Below, one piece after another: positions 13,581 through 24,309 of a DNA stretch of 64,000 nucleotides. This DNA is from Berkelbacteria bacterium GW2011_GWE1_39_12 (GTDB lineage: Bacteria > Patescibacteriota > UBA1384 > UBA12157): contig CP011213.1 in the NCBI GenBank assembly GCA_001029735.1, forward strand, positions 784,298-848,297. The letters are read 5' to 3'. How positions within the stretch are numbered: position 1 is the first letter of the stretch; the number at the start of each line of letters is the position of its first letter. Position numbers and translations under genes: made by a program. The notes below the pieces were generated by a model that was not told the DNA's origin, ran no database searches, and was given only the letters and a program-made list of their open reading frames with translations.

Positions 13581-13763
13581 CGGTTTCCTCCTTTCGCTGA
13601 TTTTTTCGGACAGTTAATTATATCAAGTCATTTAGATAAAACAAGCCAGCGATATTTTGTTGAGTCTTTTTGGTTAATACTGCCGTTTTTTTAATTTAAC
13701 TACAAAAAGTGAGCGGTAAGTGATATAATGGTGGCAGATTTGCGAAAAGGTGGTGATAAATAA

Positions 13764-14288
13764 ATGAGAAAGCTTTGTTTGGTGCTACTGGTTATGTTCC
13801 TTGGCTTGATCATTATTGAGAAAGTTTGCACCGCTGAAGAGACAAATCTTCAGATTGAGAAGCGTTATGTTGAGTTGATTAACCAGAAGAGGAAACTTTA
13901 TGGACTTAAGAGTCTTGAAGTGGATCCGCTTCTAACTACCGTCGCACGGGATCATAGCTCAGATATGCGCGATAAACGCTACTTTGCGCATTGTTCGCCA
14001 GACGGAGCGACTCCTCTTGATCGCTATCTTCACAGGCTCCCATACGTTCCTGCTTACGCTCTTTATGGCGAAAACCTATTTTGGTGCTCATCGGCAAAGG
14101 ATTCTACTCCTGAGAACGGAGTCCAAGCATTCATGCTAAGTCCTTCTCACAGAGACAATGTTCTGTGTGAAGGATACGAAAGTATCGGAGTCGGAGTAAC
14201 TACAGATAAATCAGGACAAATTTGGGTCAGTGTCGAACTGGCCATTATCGATCCTAAACCTTCTATGGCCATTGTGGCCAAGAAGTAA
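13764..14288 (+). CDS. secreted CAP/SCP domain protein (YkwD family)
   Basis: Signal peptide, and CAP signatures HSSDMRDKRYFAHCSPDG, GENLFW and SPSHRDNVL. Confidence 0.65.
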   Translation: MRKLCLVLLVMFLGLIIIEKVCTAEETNLQIEKRYVELINQKRKLYGLKSLEVDPLLTTVARDHSSDMRDKRYFAHCSPDGATPLDRYLHRLPYVPAYALYGENLFWCSSAKDSTPENGVQAFMLSPSHRDNVLCEGYESIGVGVTTDKSGQIWVSVELAIIDPKPSMAIVAKK

Positions 14289-14348
14289 CCCATCCTCGAA
14301 AGAGGATGTTTTTATATTCTTGAAATCGTTCAGGAAATGGCTGAGATC

Positions 14349-14377
14349 TTGACATTTCTCTCCATATATGCTATGAT
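14349..14377 (+). promoter_or_regulatory. sigma70-type promoter (TTGACA-17-TATGAT)
   Basis: Perfect -35 with a near-consensus -10 upstream of the 14421 gene. It is preceded by the CAP-gene terminator CATCCTC-gaaa-GAGGATG+T5 (14291-14313). Confidence 0.55.
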
Positions 14378-14420
14378 GTACAGTCATAATTAGATGACAG
14401 TCGCGTACAGGAGGAAATCA

Positions 14421-14756
14421 GTGATACTTAAAAGAAGTGATGGCAACCTTGGCGGCAAAGGCGTTCAGCTCACAGTAGTAAACCTTATGGAGAGGAACAA
14501 TCTCCTGAGGTTACTCACTGATATGGGCATCGAGTCGACCAATATCGGCAATACAGTATGCATACCGGAAGGGCGTATCGAAGTGAATGCGGTATGTTTC
14601 GCGCTCTACACTGACGAAACATACATCCCAGGAACGAAGAAAACCCGTTGGGGTAGGATCTTCAAAGGCCGGATAAAGGAAATAAGTGACTTTAGCGGCC
14701 AGGTCCTATGGTGCAGGACAATTCCTAAGGTCCCGGCAACCATTAACCTCGCCTAG
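14421..14756 (+). CDS. hypothetical protein
   Basis: GTG start with an AGGAGG RBS 6 nt upstream. It sits downstream of a perfect TTGACA-17-TATGAT promoter and is followed by a hairpin terminator. GC content is moderate. Confidence 0.4.
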   Translation: MILKRSDGNLGGKGVQLTVVNLMERNNLLRLLTDMGIESTNIGNTVCIPEGRIEVNAVCFALYTDETYIPGTKKTRWGRIFKGRIKEISDFSGQVLWCRTIPKVPATINLA

Positions 14757-14764
14757 GCGAACAA

Positions 14765-15430
14765 TAAAGACTGCGAGTTGCATTAGCGCTCGCAGTTTTT
14801 AAAAAGCCAGGAAACCCCGTATGAAAGCGGGCGTCGTCTGGTTTTTTTAGCCCGCTGCAATGCGGGGATGAATGGCTTCCACTTTTACCAGATCCCGTCA
14901 GGGATATGGTAAAATTATCTCATGAGAATTAGAAATTTATGCCACTCCTGCTATCAACATCAATATCGCATTGTTTGGGGAACCAAGTGTCGAAGAAAAT
15001 ATCTCAAAGAATATGTCAAAATTGAGTTAATCAAAAACCTCAAAGAAACCATCAAAAAATATCCCACACTGGAAATTATCGAAATTAATACCAACGAAGA
15101 CCATCTACATCTTCAAATCGAGATACCGCCAGATCTCTCGGTGGCTGCTGTCGTTAGAATATTAAAATCAAAGTCTAGCCTTGCACTCAAGAAAAAGTTT
15201 AAATTTATCCGTGAGATATATCTCGACAGCAGCATTTGGAGTGTGGGATATTTTTCTTCGACAATTGGACTCAACGAGAAACAAATCCGAAAATACATTA
15301 AATGGCAAGGAAAAGAAGACCTCCCGAAGCAGTTAGAACTCTAATTCTCTTGAGCTCCCCAAAGAAACCCCGGCTGAAGCGAGCTTGCGAGCGGAGTCCG
15401 GGGAGTCTCATTCGTATAACTAAAAATTAG
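14765..15430 (+). mobile_element. IS200/IS605-family insertion sequence (TnpA-only, IS200-like) with subterminal hairpins
   Basis: Y1 HUH transposase ORF is flanked by structured ends. The left end has hairpin ACTGCGAG...CTCGCAGT and CCCCG/AGCGGGC...GCCCGCT/CGGGG. The right end has a CCCCGG...CCGGGG hairpin. Confidence 0.55.
14922..15344 (+). CDS. tnpA: IS200/IS605 family transposase TnpA (Y1 HUH)
   Basis: HUH motif HLHLQIEIPP and catalytic Tyr region SVGYFSSTIG. Length is ~140 aa and the N-terminal YRIVWGTKCRRK resembles the TnpA consensus. Confidence 0.8.
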   Translation: MRIRNLCHSCYQHQYRIVWGTKCRRKYLKEYVKIELIKNLKETIKKYPTLEIIEINTNEDHLHLQIEIPPDLSVAAVVRILKSKSSLALKKKFKFIREIYLDSSIWSVGYFSSTIGLNEKQIRKYIKWQGKEDLPKQLEL

Positions 15431-15492
15431 ATTCCTTAATTATCTATTTATAAAAAAATGCGATCAATGTGTAATTTGGTATTGACAATCTC

Positions 15493-15521
15493 TTGACAAT
15501 GATATCTCACTGTGATAGAGT
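15493..15521 (+). promoter_or_regulatory. rpoB promoter (tandem TTGACA boxes; TTGACA-17-TAGAGT) followed by a ~110-nt leader
   Basis: Sequence ATTGACAATCTCTTGACAATGATATCTCACTGTGATAGAGT. Confidence 0.5.
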
Positions 15522-15630
15522 AAATATACCAATAAAAAAGAGAAAAATTGATAAGAATCTTTCTCGTTAACTAAAAGTAATTGCACTAAGCGGCAACCAG
15601 CGTTGTTGCTGTAATTTTGGGAGTATTTTA

Positions 15631-18600
15631 GTGTCAACACAAAATCGTCTTCAATTTTCTAAGCCAAAGTTTACTGTGCCACTGCCTAATTTAATCGAAG
15701 TTCAAACCCAGAGCTATGATTGGTTCTTCAAGGAAGGGATTCGAGAACTCCTAGACGAAATTTCTCCGGTAGATGACTTTACCGGAAAAGTTTTGACGTT
15801 GGAATTTTTGGATTACTCACTTGACGCGCCAACCTACGATGAGCAGACAGCTAAGACTAAAAATCTTACCTTCGAAGCTCCTCTCAAATGCAATGTCCGT
15901 TTGACTAACAAAATCTCCGGTAAAACCAAAGATTCTTCAGTGTTTCTTGGTGTTTTTCCGTTGATGACCGATCGCGGTACCTTTATCGTGAACGGGATTG
16001 AAAGAGTCGTCGTTTCCCAGATTGTTCGAAGTTACGGCGTCCTTTTTGTATCAGAAGAAGTTGCCGGAAGAAAACTGTTCGGTTGCAAGATTATTCCTTC
16101 GAGAGGCGCTTGGTTGGAATTCGAAACCTCAAACCGCGACATCATTTCAGTCAAAGTTGATAGAAAACGCAAAATTCTGTTTACTACTTTCTTGCGCGCT
16201 TTAGGTTTGACCGATGATCAAATCATCCATGCTTTTGAAGGCGTCAACGACAATGCAGATCATGATTACGTTAAAGCGACTCTAGCTAAAGACACGGCCA
16301 AGACATTCGACGAGGCCGTTGTTGATGTATATAAAAGAATTCGTCCGGGTGATTTGGCAACTGCCGAAACTGCCCGCAGTTTCTTGGAAGCAATGTTCTT
16401 TAATCCAAAGCGCTATGATTTAGGTCGCGTTGGACGTTATAAAATGAATCAAAGACTTAATATTAAAGCTTCTGAAGACTTGAAGAATCGTATTTTACGA
16501 GTCGACGATGTTGTTGAAGCCATTAAAGAAATTATTCGCTTAAACAACGATCCGATGGCCGAACAAGATGATATTGACCATTTGCGCAACCGCCGTGTTC
16601 GCGCTGTGGGTGAATTAGTTCAAGCCAAGGTTCGCGTCGGTTTGCTTCGTATGGAAAGAATTATTAAAGACAGAATGTCGGTTTTGGACCCAGATACTGT
16701 TACTCCGGCTCAATTAATCAACGCTCGTCCAATTGCCGCTGTTTTGCAAGAATTCTTTGCTTCATCACAGATGTCTCAGTTTATGAACCAAACCAACCCG
16801 CTTGCCGAGTTGGAACATAAGCGTTGTTTGTCAGCCACTGGTCCAGGTGGACTTTCTCGTGAACGCGCTGGATTCGAAGTTCGAGACGTTCATCGTAGTC
16901 ACTATGGCCGTGTCTGTCCGATTGAAACTCCTGAAGGTCCAAACATCGGTTTGGTTGGTTATATGGCCAGTTATGCTCGTATCAATGAATATGGTTTTAT
17001 TGAATCACCATATTTAGTGGTTGAACATGTAAAAGGTCAGAAACCGAAAATTACCAACAAGGTTGTTTATCTGGATGCCGACGAAGAAGATCGTGTTATT
17101 GTTGCTCCAGCTTCGACCGATGTTGACAAAGACGGTTACATTACCGCCACCAAAACTGTTGTTCGGGAATTTGGTGAGCCGGTTATCGACTTAGCTAGTA
17201 AGATTGAATATATTGATGTTTCGCCAAAACAAATTGTATCTATTTCGACTGCCTTGATTCCGTTCGTCGAACATAATGACGCTGTTCGTGCTTCCATGGG
17301 TTCTAATATGGAACGACAAGCCGTGCCTTTGGTTCGCCCAACCTCACCGGTAGTTGGAACGGGTATGGAAGCTGATGCTGCCAGAGACTCTGGTCAGTGT
17401 TTGTTTGCCAAAAACGACGGTGTAGTAACAGAAGCTTCTGGTTCAGAAATTGTTGTTGGCGTTGACCGTTACCGATTAGAAAAATTTATTCGTTCTAACC
17501 AGGCAACCTGTATTAATCAAAGACCGGTTGTTCGGGTTGGCGATAAAGTTAAAAAAGGCCAAATCTTAGCTGATTCTTCTGCAACTGAAGAAGGTGAATT
17601 AGCACTTGGTCAAAACGTCTTAGTTGCCTTTATGCCTTTCAAGGGTGGCAACTTCGAAGACGCTATCATCCTTTCGGAAAAATTAGTTAGAAATGATAAC
17701 TTAACCTCAATTCACATTGAAAAATACTCGACTGAGGTCCGTGACACCAAATTGGGTCCGGAAGTTTTGACTCGCGATATTCCAAACGTGGGTGAAGGTG
17801 CTTTGGCCAACCTTGACGAGCAAGGAATTGTTCGAATTGGTGCTGAAGTTTCTGCCGGCGATATCTTAGTTGGTAAAATTACGCCAAAGGGTGAAACCGA
17901 ACTTTCAGCTGAAGAAAAACTGCTTCGGGCAATCTTCGGTGAAAAAGCTAAAGATGTTAAAGACACTTCCCTTCGACTTCCTCATGGAGAATATGGAAAA
18001 GTTGTTAATGTTGAAATCTTCTCCAAAGAAGCCGGTGATGAATTGCCAGCCGGTGTTTATCAGATGGTTGAAGTCGCAATTGCACAACTTAGAAAAGTCC
18101 AAGTTGGTGATAAATTAGCCGGACGACATGGTAACAAAGGTGTTATTTCCATGGTTTTGCCAGAAGCGGAAATGCCTTACATGCCAGACGGTACACCAGT
18201 TGATATTATCTTAAACCCATTAGGTGTTATTTCCCGTATGAACCTTGGTCAGCTGTTGGAAACTCACTTGGGTTGGGCTGCTAATAAATTAGGCTACAAG
18301 ATTGCCGTTCCGGTTTTTGAAAGCATGTCCTTTGAAGATATTCAGGCCGAATTAAAGAAAGCGGGTTTACCAGAAGACGGTAAGGTCCAATTACATGATG
18401 GACGTACCGGCGAACCTTTCGCTGAAAAAACAACTGTTGGTATTAAATATATGATGAAGCTTTGCCATTTGGTTGATGATAAGATGCACGCTCGATCGAC
18501 TGGACCATACTCTATGGTTACTCAACAGCCGCTGGGTGGTAAATCTCAATTCGGTGGACAAAGATTTGGAGAAATGGAAGTCTGGGCTCTGGAAGGTTAT

Positions 18601-18960
18601 GGAGCCGCTCATTCACTGCAAGAAATGTTAACGATTAAATCGGATGACGTTGTAGGCCGAAGCAAAGCTTATGAAGCCATTATCAAAGGCGAACAAATTC
18701 AGAAACCGTCGATTCCAGCTTCGTTCTTTGTCTTAGTCAAAGAACTTCAGTCGCTTGGCTTGAATGTTGAAATGCTTTCAGCCGCCGATTTAGCCAAGGC
18801 CGCAAAGAAAATTAGCCGCCCGGCAGTGGGCGAATCTGAAAACGAAAAAGAAGATAATGATATTAATAATGCAGAAGAATTAGACGCCGAGGTAACCGAA
18901 TTAAAAGAAGAAGAACCACCGATGGTCGAACCATCGATTGATGAGGGAGAAGATAAATAA
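15631..18960 (+). CDS. rpoB: DNA-directed RNA polymerase subunit beta
   Basis: GTG start with a GGGAG RBS. Conserved RpoB blocks throughout, plus a C-terminal acidic tail. Confidence 0.97.
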   Translation: MSTQNRLQFSKPKFTVPLPNLIEVQTQSYDWFFKEGIRELLDEISPVDDFTGKVLTLEFLDYSLDAPTYDEQTAKTKNLTFEAPLKCNVRLTNKISGKTKDSSVFLGVFPLMTDRGTFIVNGIERVVVSQIVRSYGVLFVSEEVAGRKLFGCKIIPSRGAWLEFETSNRDIISVKVDRKRKILFTTFLRALGLTDDQIIHAFEGVNDNADHDYVKATLAKDTAKTFDEAVVDVYKRIRPGDLATAETARSFLEAMFFNPKRYDLGRVGRYKMNQRLNIKASEDLKNRILRVDDVVEAIKEIIRLNNDPMAEQDDIDHLRNRRVRAVGELVQAKVRVGLLRMERIIKDRMSVLDPDTVTPAQLINARPIAAVLQEFFASSQMSQFMNQTNPLAELEHKRCLSATGPGGLSRERAGFEVRDVHRSHYGRVCPIETPEGPNIGLVGYMASYARINEYGFIESPYLVVEHVKGQKPKITNKVVYLDADEEDRVIVAPASTDVDKDGYITATKTVVREFGEPVIDLASKIEYIDVSPKQIVSISTALIPFVEHNDAVRASMGSNMERQAVPLVRPTSPVVGTGMEADAARDSGQCLFAKNDGVVTEASGSEIVVGVDRYRLEKFIRSNQATCINQRPVVRVGDKVKKGQILADSSATEEGELALGQNVLVAFMPFKGGNFEDAIILSEKLVRNDNLTSIHIEKYSTEVRDTKLGPEVLTRDIPNVGEGALANLDEQGIVRIGAEVSAGDILVGKITPKGETELSAEEKLLRAIFGEKAKDVKDTSLRLPHGEYGKVVNVEIFSKEAGDELPAGVYQMVEVAIAQLRKVQVGDKLAGRHGNKGVISMVLPEAEMPYMPDGTPVDIILNPLGVISRMNLGQLLETHLGWAANKLGYKIAVPVFESMSFEDIQAELKKAGLPEDGKVQLHDGRTGEPFAEKTTVGIKYMMKLCHLVDDKMHARSTGPYSMVTQQPLGGKSQFGGQRFGEMEVWALEGYGAAHSLQEMLTIKSDDVVGRSKAYEAIIKGEQIQKPSIPASFFVLVKELQSLGLNVEMLSAADLAKAAKKISRPAVGESENEKEDNDINNAEELDAEVTELKEEEPPMVEPSIDEGEDK

Positions 18961-19005
18961 TGGTCAAGCTATGCTTATCGCGGAAATTTTAAAGGATTTA
19001 AAATT

Positions 19006-22000
19006 ATGAAAGATAACAAAACACAACCACAAATGGCGAGAGAAACTTCGAAAGTATCAGATTTTGATGCCTTGAAAATTTCTGTTGCTTCTCCTGAAGA
19101 CATTGCAAATTGGTCCTTCGGTGAAGTTACCAAGCCAGAAACTATCAACTACCGCACCCAGAAGCCGGAACGCGATGGTCTTTTTGATGAAAGAATTTTC
19201 GGTCCGACTAAAGATTGGGAATGTTACTGCGGTAAATACAAAAAAATCCGTTACAAAGGTGTAATTTGCGATAAATGCGGCGTTGAAGTCACTCGTAGCG
19301 CTGTCAGACGTGAAAGAATGGGTCATATTGATCTTGCTGTTCCTGTTACCCATATCTGGTATGTCCGTGGTGTTCCGTCTGTCGTAAGTTTGATTTTAGA
19401 TATTTCTGTTTCCGATTTAGAAAAAGTCGTCTATTTTGCCGGCTTTATTGTTTTGGATGTTAATGAAGATGTTAGAAAATCTTCGTTGGAACAATTGGAA
19501 AGAGAGTACGCCGAAGCCAAGGGTAAATTAACCAATAATATGGATATTGCGAAAGTTGATGCTTCTTATAAAGCCACCAAGCTAGAAATTATGTCCTTGG
19601 TTTCCAAGAAGATTTTAACTGAAGGCCAATATCATGATTTATCCTTGAAATATGGTCAGATTGTTAAAGTCGGAATTGGTGCCGAAGCCGTTTTTGAACT
19701 TCTAAAACGCGCTAATTTGGATGAATTAAATGAAGATTTCTCCGGACAATTAGTTTCAGCCATTGGTATTAATCGACGCAAATTATTACGTAGATTAAAG
19801 CTTGTTTCTGAAATGCGTGAAGCCGGTATTCGTCCGGAATGGTTGGTTTTAACCAAATTACCAGTTATTCCACCAGATCTACGTCCAATGGTTCAATTGG
19901 ATGGTGGCCGTTTTGCCGCCTCCGATTTAAATGATCTTTACCGACGTGTCATCAATAGAAATAACCGTCTAAAGAGACTTATTTCACAGGGCGCCCCAGA
20001 AGTTATCTGTCGCAATGAAAAAAGAATGCTTCAAGAAGCAGTTGATTCACTGATTGATAACTCAGCTCGAAGAGGACGCACTGCCTCAACCGGCGCTGCC
20101 GCCCGAAAACTTCGATCACTTTCCGATATGCTTCATGGTAAGCAAGGCCGGTTCCGCCAGAACTTGCTTGGAAAACGTGTCGACTATTCAGGTCGTTCAG
20201 TTATTGTTGTAGGTCCAAACCTTAAATTACATCAGTGTGGTATTCCTAAGATGATGGCTTTGGAACTTTTCAAACCATTCGTTATCTCCAAGCTTATCAA
20301 CGAAGGCCACGTTCATAATGTTAAAAATGCTACTAAATTAATGGAAAAAGGTGAACCAGTTGTTTGGGATATTCTTGAAAAAATTACTTCAGATTACAAT
20401 GTGTTGTTAAACCGCGCCCCAACGCTACATCGTTTGGGTATTCAGGGTTTCCAGCCAGTTTTAATCGAAGGTAAAGCCATTCAGATTCACCCATTGGTTT
20501 GTTATGCTTTCAACGCTGACTTTGATGGTGACCAGATGGCTATCCATGTTCCGTTGTCTACTCAGGCCAGAGAAGAAGCCGCTACCTTAATGCGCGCTGA
20601 TCATAATGTCTTAAAACCTTCATCCGGCGAACCAGTTATTATTCCTCGATATGAAATTGTCGCGGGTATTTATTGGTTGACCGGTATCCAAGAAGGCGCA
20701 CAAGGCGAAAATAAAATCTTTGGTAGCAAAAATGAAGCTATTTTAGCTCACCAAGAGGGTTTTGTTCATGCTCGCGCTAAGATTAAAGTTCGCATGAAAC
20801 TTAATAAAATGGATCCAGCGGCAAAAGAAGAAATCGTTGAAACAACAGCTGGTAGAATTTTATTCAACAATATTTTGCCAGATGAATTGCAATTTAGAAA
20901 TGAAACTTTTGATTCCAAAGCTTTGAAAAATATCTTGTCAGAGCATTTTGCCAGGTTTGATGTTGCTGGAACAGCAGAATTTGCTGATAGAATCAAGGAT
21001 ATTGGTTTCAGGTATTCATCTGTTTCCGGTATGACTATTTCGATTTCCGATATTCATATTTCAGATGATAAAAATATAATCGTCAAAGAAGGCGATAAGA
21101 AACTGGAAGAAATTGAATTGCAGTATCAACGCGGTTTAATTACCGACAGTGAACGCAAAATGAAGATTATCGAAATGTGGACCGAAATTCGTGGCAGAAT
21201 TGAGAAGAGTATGATTGCGCAATACGATGAACAGAGTCCGGTTTACCAAATGGTTAAATCTGGTGCTCGTGGTTCTTTTGCTCAGGTTACTCAGCTCGCT
21301 GGTATGAAAGGTTTAGTGGTTAACCCGGCTGGTGAAATTATTGAATTGCCGATTAAACATAACTATAAAGAAGGTTTACCTGTATTCGAATACTTTATTT
21401 CGACTCACGGTGCCAGAAAAGGTAAATCAGATACTTCACTTCGTACTTCTGAGGCTGGGTATTTGACTCGTCGTTTAGTCGACGTTTCACAAGATGTCGT
21501 CATTACTATGGACGACTGTGGCACAGATCAATTCCTAGATATCACCCGAACAGAATCCGAAGAGATGGGTGAGAAATATTCACAAAGAATGATTGGCCGC
21601 GTTTCAGCTCAAGACGTAAAAGCCGGTAAAGATACAATTGTAAAAGCCGGTGAAGAAATCACCGAAGAAATAGCTGAAAAGATTGATGCCACTGGCATTG
21701 ATACTTTAAAGGTTCGAACCGTGATGGGTTGCCATGCCGAGCGTGGCATTTGCCGCAACTGTTATGGTAAAGATCTTTCTTCAGGTAAGATGGCTGAACA
21801 TGGCGCTGTCGTTGGTATTATTGCCGCTCAGGCCATCGGTGAACCAGGTACGCAGCTTACTATGAAAACCTTCCACATGGGTGGTGTTACTGGAGAAGAT
21901 ATTACTTCTGGACTTCCACGTGTTGAAGAATTGTTTGAGGCTCGTACGCCAAGAAATCCTGCTATTATGGCTGATATGGATGGCATAGTTAGAATTTTTG

Positions 22001-22776
22001 AAGAGAAAGATATGCGCAAATTGGTTATCACTTCGGATGAAAAGCGCCAAGAAGAATATGTTTTAGAAAAAGGCTATGAACCGACAGTAACTGATGGCGA
22101 TATTGTTAAAGCACGACAAGCAATTGCCGTAGCTCCAAGCAAAAAAGCCTTCCGCACTGGTCTTACTGGTAAAGTCAAAATCGAAAAAAATAAGATTGTT
22201 ATCACATCGACCGAACAAAACTCAATCAGTTATTCAGTCTCGACTAAAACCAATCTTAAGGTCAGCGATGGTGATAAAGTTGTCATGGGTAAGGAATTGA
22301 CTGAAGGTCACTTCAGCCTAGAAAACATGTTGAAGCTAAGAGGACGCAAGGCAACTGAAAGATATATCATCCGCGGTGTCCAAGAAATCTATGCTTCACA
22401 GGGTCAGACAATTAATGATAAGCATATTGAAATCATCGTTCGCGAAATGTTTTCTAAGATCAAAGTTAAAGATCCGGGCGATTCAGGCATGCTTTCGGGT
22501 CAGGTTATCGATCATGTTGATTCGATGAAACTTAATAATGAATTAAAAAAACAAGGCAAACACGAAGCTACTTTTGACGAATCTGTCTTAGGTATCACCC
22601 GTGTCGCCTTGATTACAGATAGTTTCTTATCAGCTGCTTCCTTCCAAGAAACGACTGGTGTCTTAATCGACGCCGCCGTTCGCGGAGCTGTTGATCGCTT
22701 GCAAGGTTTGAAAGAAAATGTTATCATAGGGAAGCTGATTCCAGCAGGAACAGCATTTCACAGAAAGAAAGACTAA
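19006..22776 (+). CDS. rpoC: DNA-directed RNA polymerase subunit beta'
   Basis: Zn-finger CYCGKYKKIRYKGVICDKCG and active-site NADFDGDQMA. Confidence 0.97.
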   Translation: MKDNKTQPQMARETSKVSDFDALKISVASPEDIANWSFGEVTKPETINYRTQKPERDGLFDERIFGPTKDWECYCGKYKKIRYKGVICDKCGVEVTRSAVRRERMGHIDLAVPVTHIWYVRGVPSVVSLILDISVSDLEKVVYFAGFIVLDVNEDVRKSSLEQLEREYAEAKGKLTNNMDIAKVDASYKATKLEIMSLVSKKILTEGQYHDLSLKYGQIVKVGIGAEAVFELLKRANLDELNEDFSGQLVSAIGINRRKLLRRLKLVSEMREAGIRPEWLVLTKLPVIPPDLRPMVQLDGGRFAASDLNDLYRRVINRNNRLKRLISQGAPEVICRNEKRMLQEAVDSLIDNSARRGRTASTGAAARKLRSLSDMLHGKQGRFRQNLLGKRVDYSGRSVIVVGPNLKLHQCGIPKMMALELFKPFVISKLINEGHVHNVKNATKLMEKGEPVVWDILEKITSDYNVLLNRAPTLHRLGIQGFQPVLIEGKAIQIHPLVCYAFNADFDGDQMAIHVPLSTQAREEAATLMRADHNVLKPSSGEPVIIPRYEIVAGIYWLTGIQEGAQGENKIFGSKNEAILAHQEGFVHARAKIKVRMKLNKMDPAAKEEIVETTAGRILFNNILPDELQFRNETFDSKALKNILSEHFARFDVAGTAEFADRIKDIGFRYSSVSGMTISISDIHISDDKNIIVKEGDKKLEEIELQYQRGLITDSERKMKIIEMWTEIRGRIEKSMIAQYDEQSPVYQMVKSGARGSFAQVTQLAGMKGLVVNPAGEIIELPIKHNYKEGLPVFEYFISTHGARKGKSDTSLRTSEAGYLTRRLVDVSQDVVITMDDCGTDQFLDITRTESEEMGEKYSQRMIGRVSAQDVKAGKDTIVKAGEEITEEIAEKIDATGIDTLKVRTVMGCHAERGICRNCYGKDLSSGKMAEHGAVVGIIAAQAIGEPGTQLTMKTFHMGGVTGEDITSGLPRVEELFEARTPRNPAIMADMDGIVRIFEEKDMRKLVITSDEKRQEEYVLEKGYEPTVTDGDIVKARQAIAVAPSKKAFRTGLTGKVKIEKNKIVITSTEQNSISYSVSTKTNLKVSDGDKVVMGKELTEGHFSLENMLKLRGRKATERYIIRGVQEIYASQGQTINDKHIEIIVREMFSKIKVKDPGDSGMLSGQVIDHVDSMKLNNELKKQGKHEATFDESVLGITRVALITDSFLSAASFQETTGVLIDAAVRGAVDRLQGLKENVIIGKLIPAGTAFHRKKD

Positions 22777-23190
22777 ATGCCAACAATTTCACAATTAATC
22801 AGAAAACCAAGAAAATCGAAAGTTTCCAAAGCAAAGACGCCTGCGTTACGCCGCGGTTTTAACTTTCTTAAAAACAAACCGGTTATTTTCAAAGAAGGCA
22901 GACCTTTTCTTCGCGGTGTTTGTGTTAAGGTTACAACTGTTACTCCAAAAAAACCTAACTCCGCTTTAAGAAAAATTGCCAGAGTCAGACTTACTTCCGG
23001 TCAAGAAGTCACTGCCTATATTCCAGGTGAAGGTCACAATTTACAAGAACACTCCGTAGTTTTAATCCGCGGTGGTCGTGTAAAAGATCTTCCGGGTGTA
23101 CGATATCATATTATTCGCGGTAAACTTGATACTGGCGGTGTCGAAAACCGTAAACAGGGCCGTTCAAAATACGGTGCTAAAAAATCATAA
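22777..23190 (+). CDS. rpsL: 30S ribosomal protein S12
   Basis: Sequence PTISQLIRK...[10 protein letters not shown]. Confidence 0.96.
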   Translation: MPTISQLIRKPRKSKVSKAKTPALRRGFNFLKNKPVIFKEGRPFLRGVCVKVTTVTPKKPNSALRKIARVRLTSGQEVTAYIPGEGHNLQEHSVVLIRGGRVKDLPGVRYHIIRGKLDTGGVENRKQGRSKYGAKKS

Positions 23191-23226
23191 GATTTTTGCA
23201 AGTAAAGTCGTAAAAGGAAAACTACC

Positions 23227-23697
23227 ATGCGTGGAAAAAAAGCTCCAAGAAGAACAATTGATCCAGATTTGAAATATAATTCCGTTACAGTCAGCAGATT
23301 TATAAATAAAATTATCGTTCGTGGTCAAAAAGAAACGGCCCGAAAGAATGTTTATAAAGCTTTTGATGTCTTAAAAGACAAGACCGGCAAAGAGCCACTT
23401 GGTATTTTTGAGACAGCTTTAAAGAATGCTGCTCCTGTTTTGGAAGTAAATGCTCGTCGAATCGGCGGCGCAACTTACCAAGTTCCAATGGAAGTTCGTC
23501 CAGAGCGACGTGAAACTTTAGCTATGCGATGGATTATTACCGCAGCTCGTGCCGGCAAAGGTGGAAACTTTTCAGACTTTCTTGCCAACGAAATTCTTGA
23601 TGCGTACAACAACACTGGTACAGCCATGAAGAAAAAAGAAGTGTTGCACAAGATGGCCGAAGCCAACAAAGCGTTTGCTCATTTCGCCAGATTCTAA
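23227..23697 (+). CDS. rpsG: 30S ribosomal protein S7
   Basis: S7 signature and length (156 aa). Confidence 0.95.
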   Translation: MRGKKAPRRTIDPDLKYNSVTVSRFINKIIVRGQKETARKNVYKAFDVLKDKTGKEPLGIFETALKNAAPVLEVNARRIGGATYQVPMEVRPERRETLAMRWIITAARAGKGGNFSDFLANEILDAYNNTGTAMKKKEVLHKMAEANKAFAHFARF

Positions 23698-23715
23698 ATA
23701 AAAGATATCATATTT

Positions 23716-23742
23716 CAAAAAAGCACCGAAAGGTGCTTTTTT
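23716..23742 (+). terminator. intrinsic terminator after rpsG (AGCACC-gaaa-GGTGCT + T6)
   Basis: Perfect hairpin plus a U-run. Confidence 0.7.
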
Positions 23743-23825
23743 GATTGGATCGCTTGAAAAGAAAAAGTATATTTGTAATAATAGTGATGAATTAATTAAT
23801 GTCCTATTTTGGACAGGAGGGTTCG

Positions 23826-24179
23826 ATGTCATCAATTCTTCTCGCTCAAGCAACCGACACGGTTGATTGGGGTACAACGACGACAGCCGCGGATACTGCA
23901 GCAGATACGGCTGTGGCCGCAACTGGACTTGCCGTCTTCGGTGGATTCTTTATTGTTATGATGGTCATTGGTTTGGCCAGTTTGGCGATTTGGATTTGGG
24001 CTTTGGTTGATGTTATCAAGCGACAGTTTACAAATCCAAGTGACAAAACTCTTTGGATGGTCTTAGTTATCGCCGGTGCTTTTGTCTTGGGTCCAATTTT
24101 GCCGATCGTTTATCTTATTGTTGGCCGCAAAAAAGGCACAATTCCAGGTGGATCAAGTCCAGCTGCTCCGCAACAGTAA
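23826..24179 (+). CDS. small membrane protein with a PLD-nuclease N-terminal-like (PLDc_N) domain
   Basis: ATG lies after an AGGAGGG RBS. An Ala/Thr-rich N-terminus is followed by two TM helices carrying WALVDVIKRQF...KTLWMVLVIAG...PIVYLIVGRK. It is inserted between rpsG and fusA with its own promoter and terminator. Confidence 0.5.
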   Translation: MSSILLAQATDTVDWGTTTTAADTAADTAVAATGLAVFGGFFIVMMVIGLASLAIWIWALVDVIKRQFTNPSDKTLWMVLVIAGAFVLGPILPIVYLIVGRKKGTIPGGSSPAAPQQ

Positions 24180-24225
24180 TCTTGTTTAAAATACAAAAAG
24201 GCGCTTACAGCGCTTTTTTGTATAC

Positions 24226-24254
24226 TTGATATTCTTGAAGAAATCGTATACAAT
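24226..24254 (+). promoter_or_regulatory. fusA promoter (TTGATA-17-TACAAT)
   Basis: Lies downstream of the hairpin terminator of the PLDc_N gene (24195-24219). Confidence 0.5.
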
Positions 24255-24309
24255 ATCTCATGAGGGGAATCTTTTTGTAATAAATAAATTAATTGAAGTA
24301 AAGGATTAA

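Noticed and set aside
13581-13763. Intergenic regions scanned for tRNA, tmRNA or rRNA genes (also 7299-7360, 27085-27276, 43370-43507, 44769-45001, 59415-59593)
   Set aside because: No cloverleaf-compatible sequence with a GTTC-type T-arm and an acceptor/CCA context was recognised. The regions are explained by promoters and terminators.
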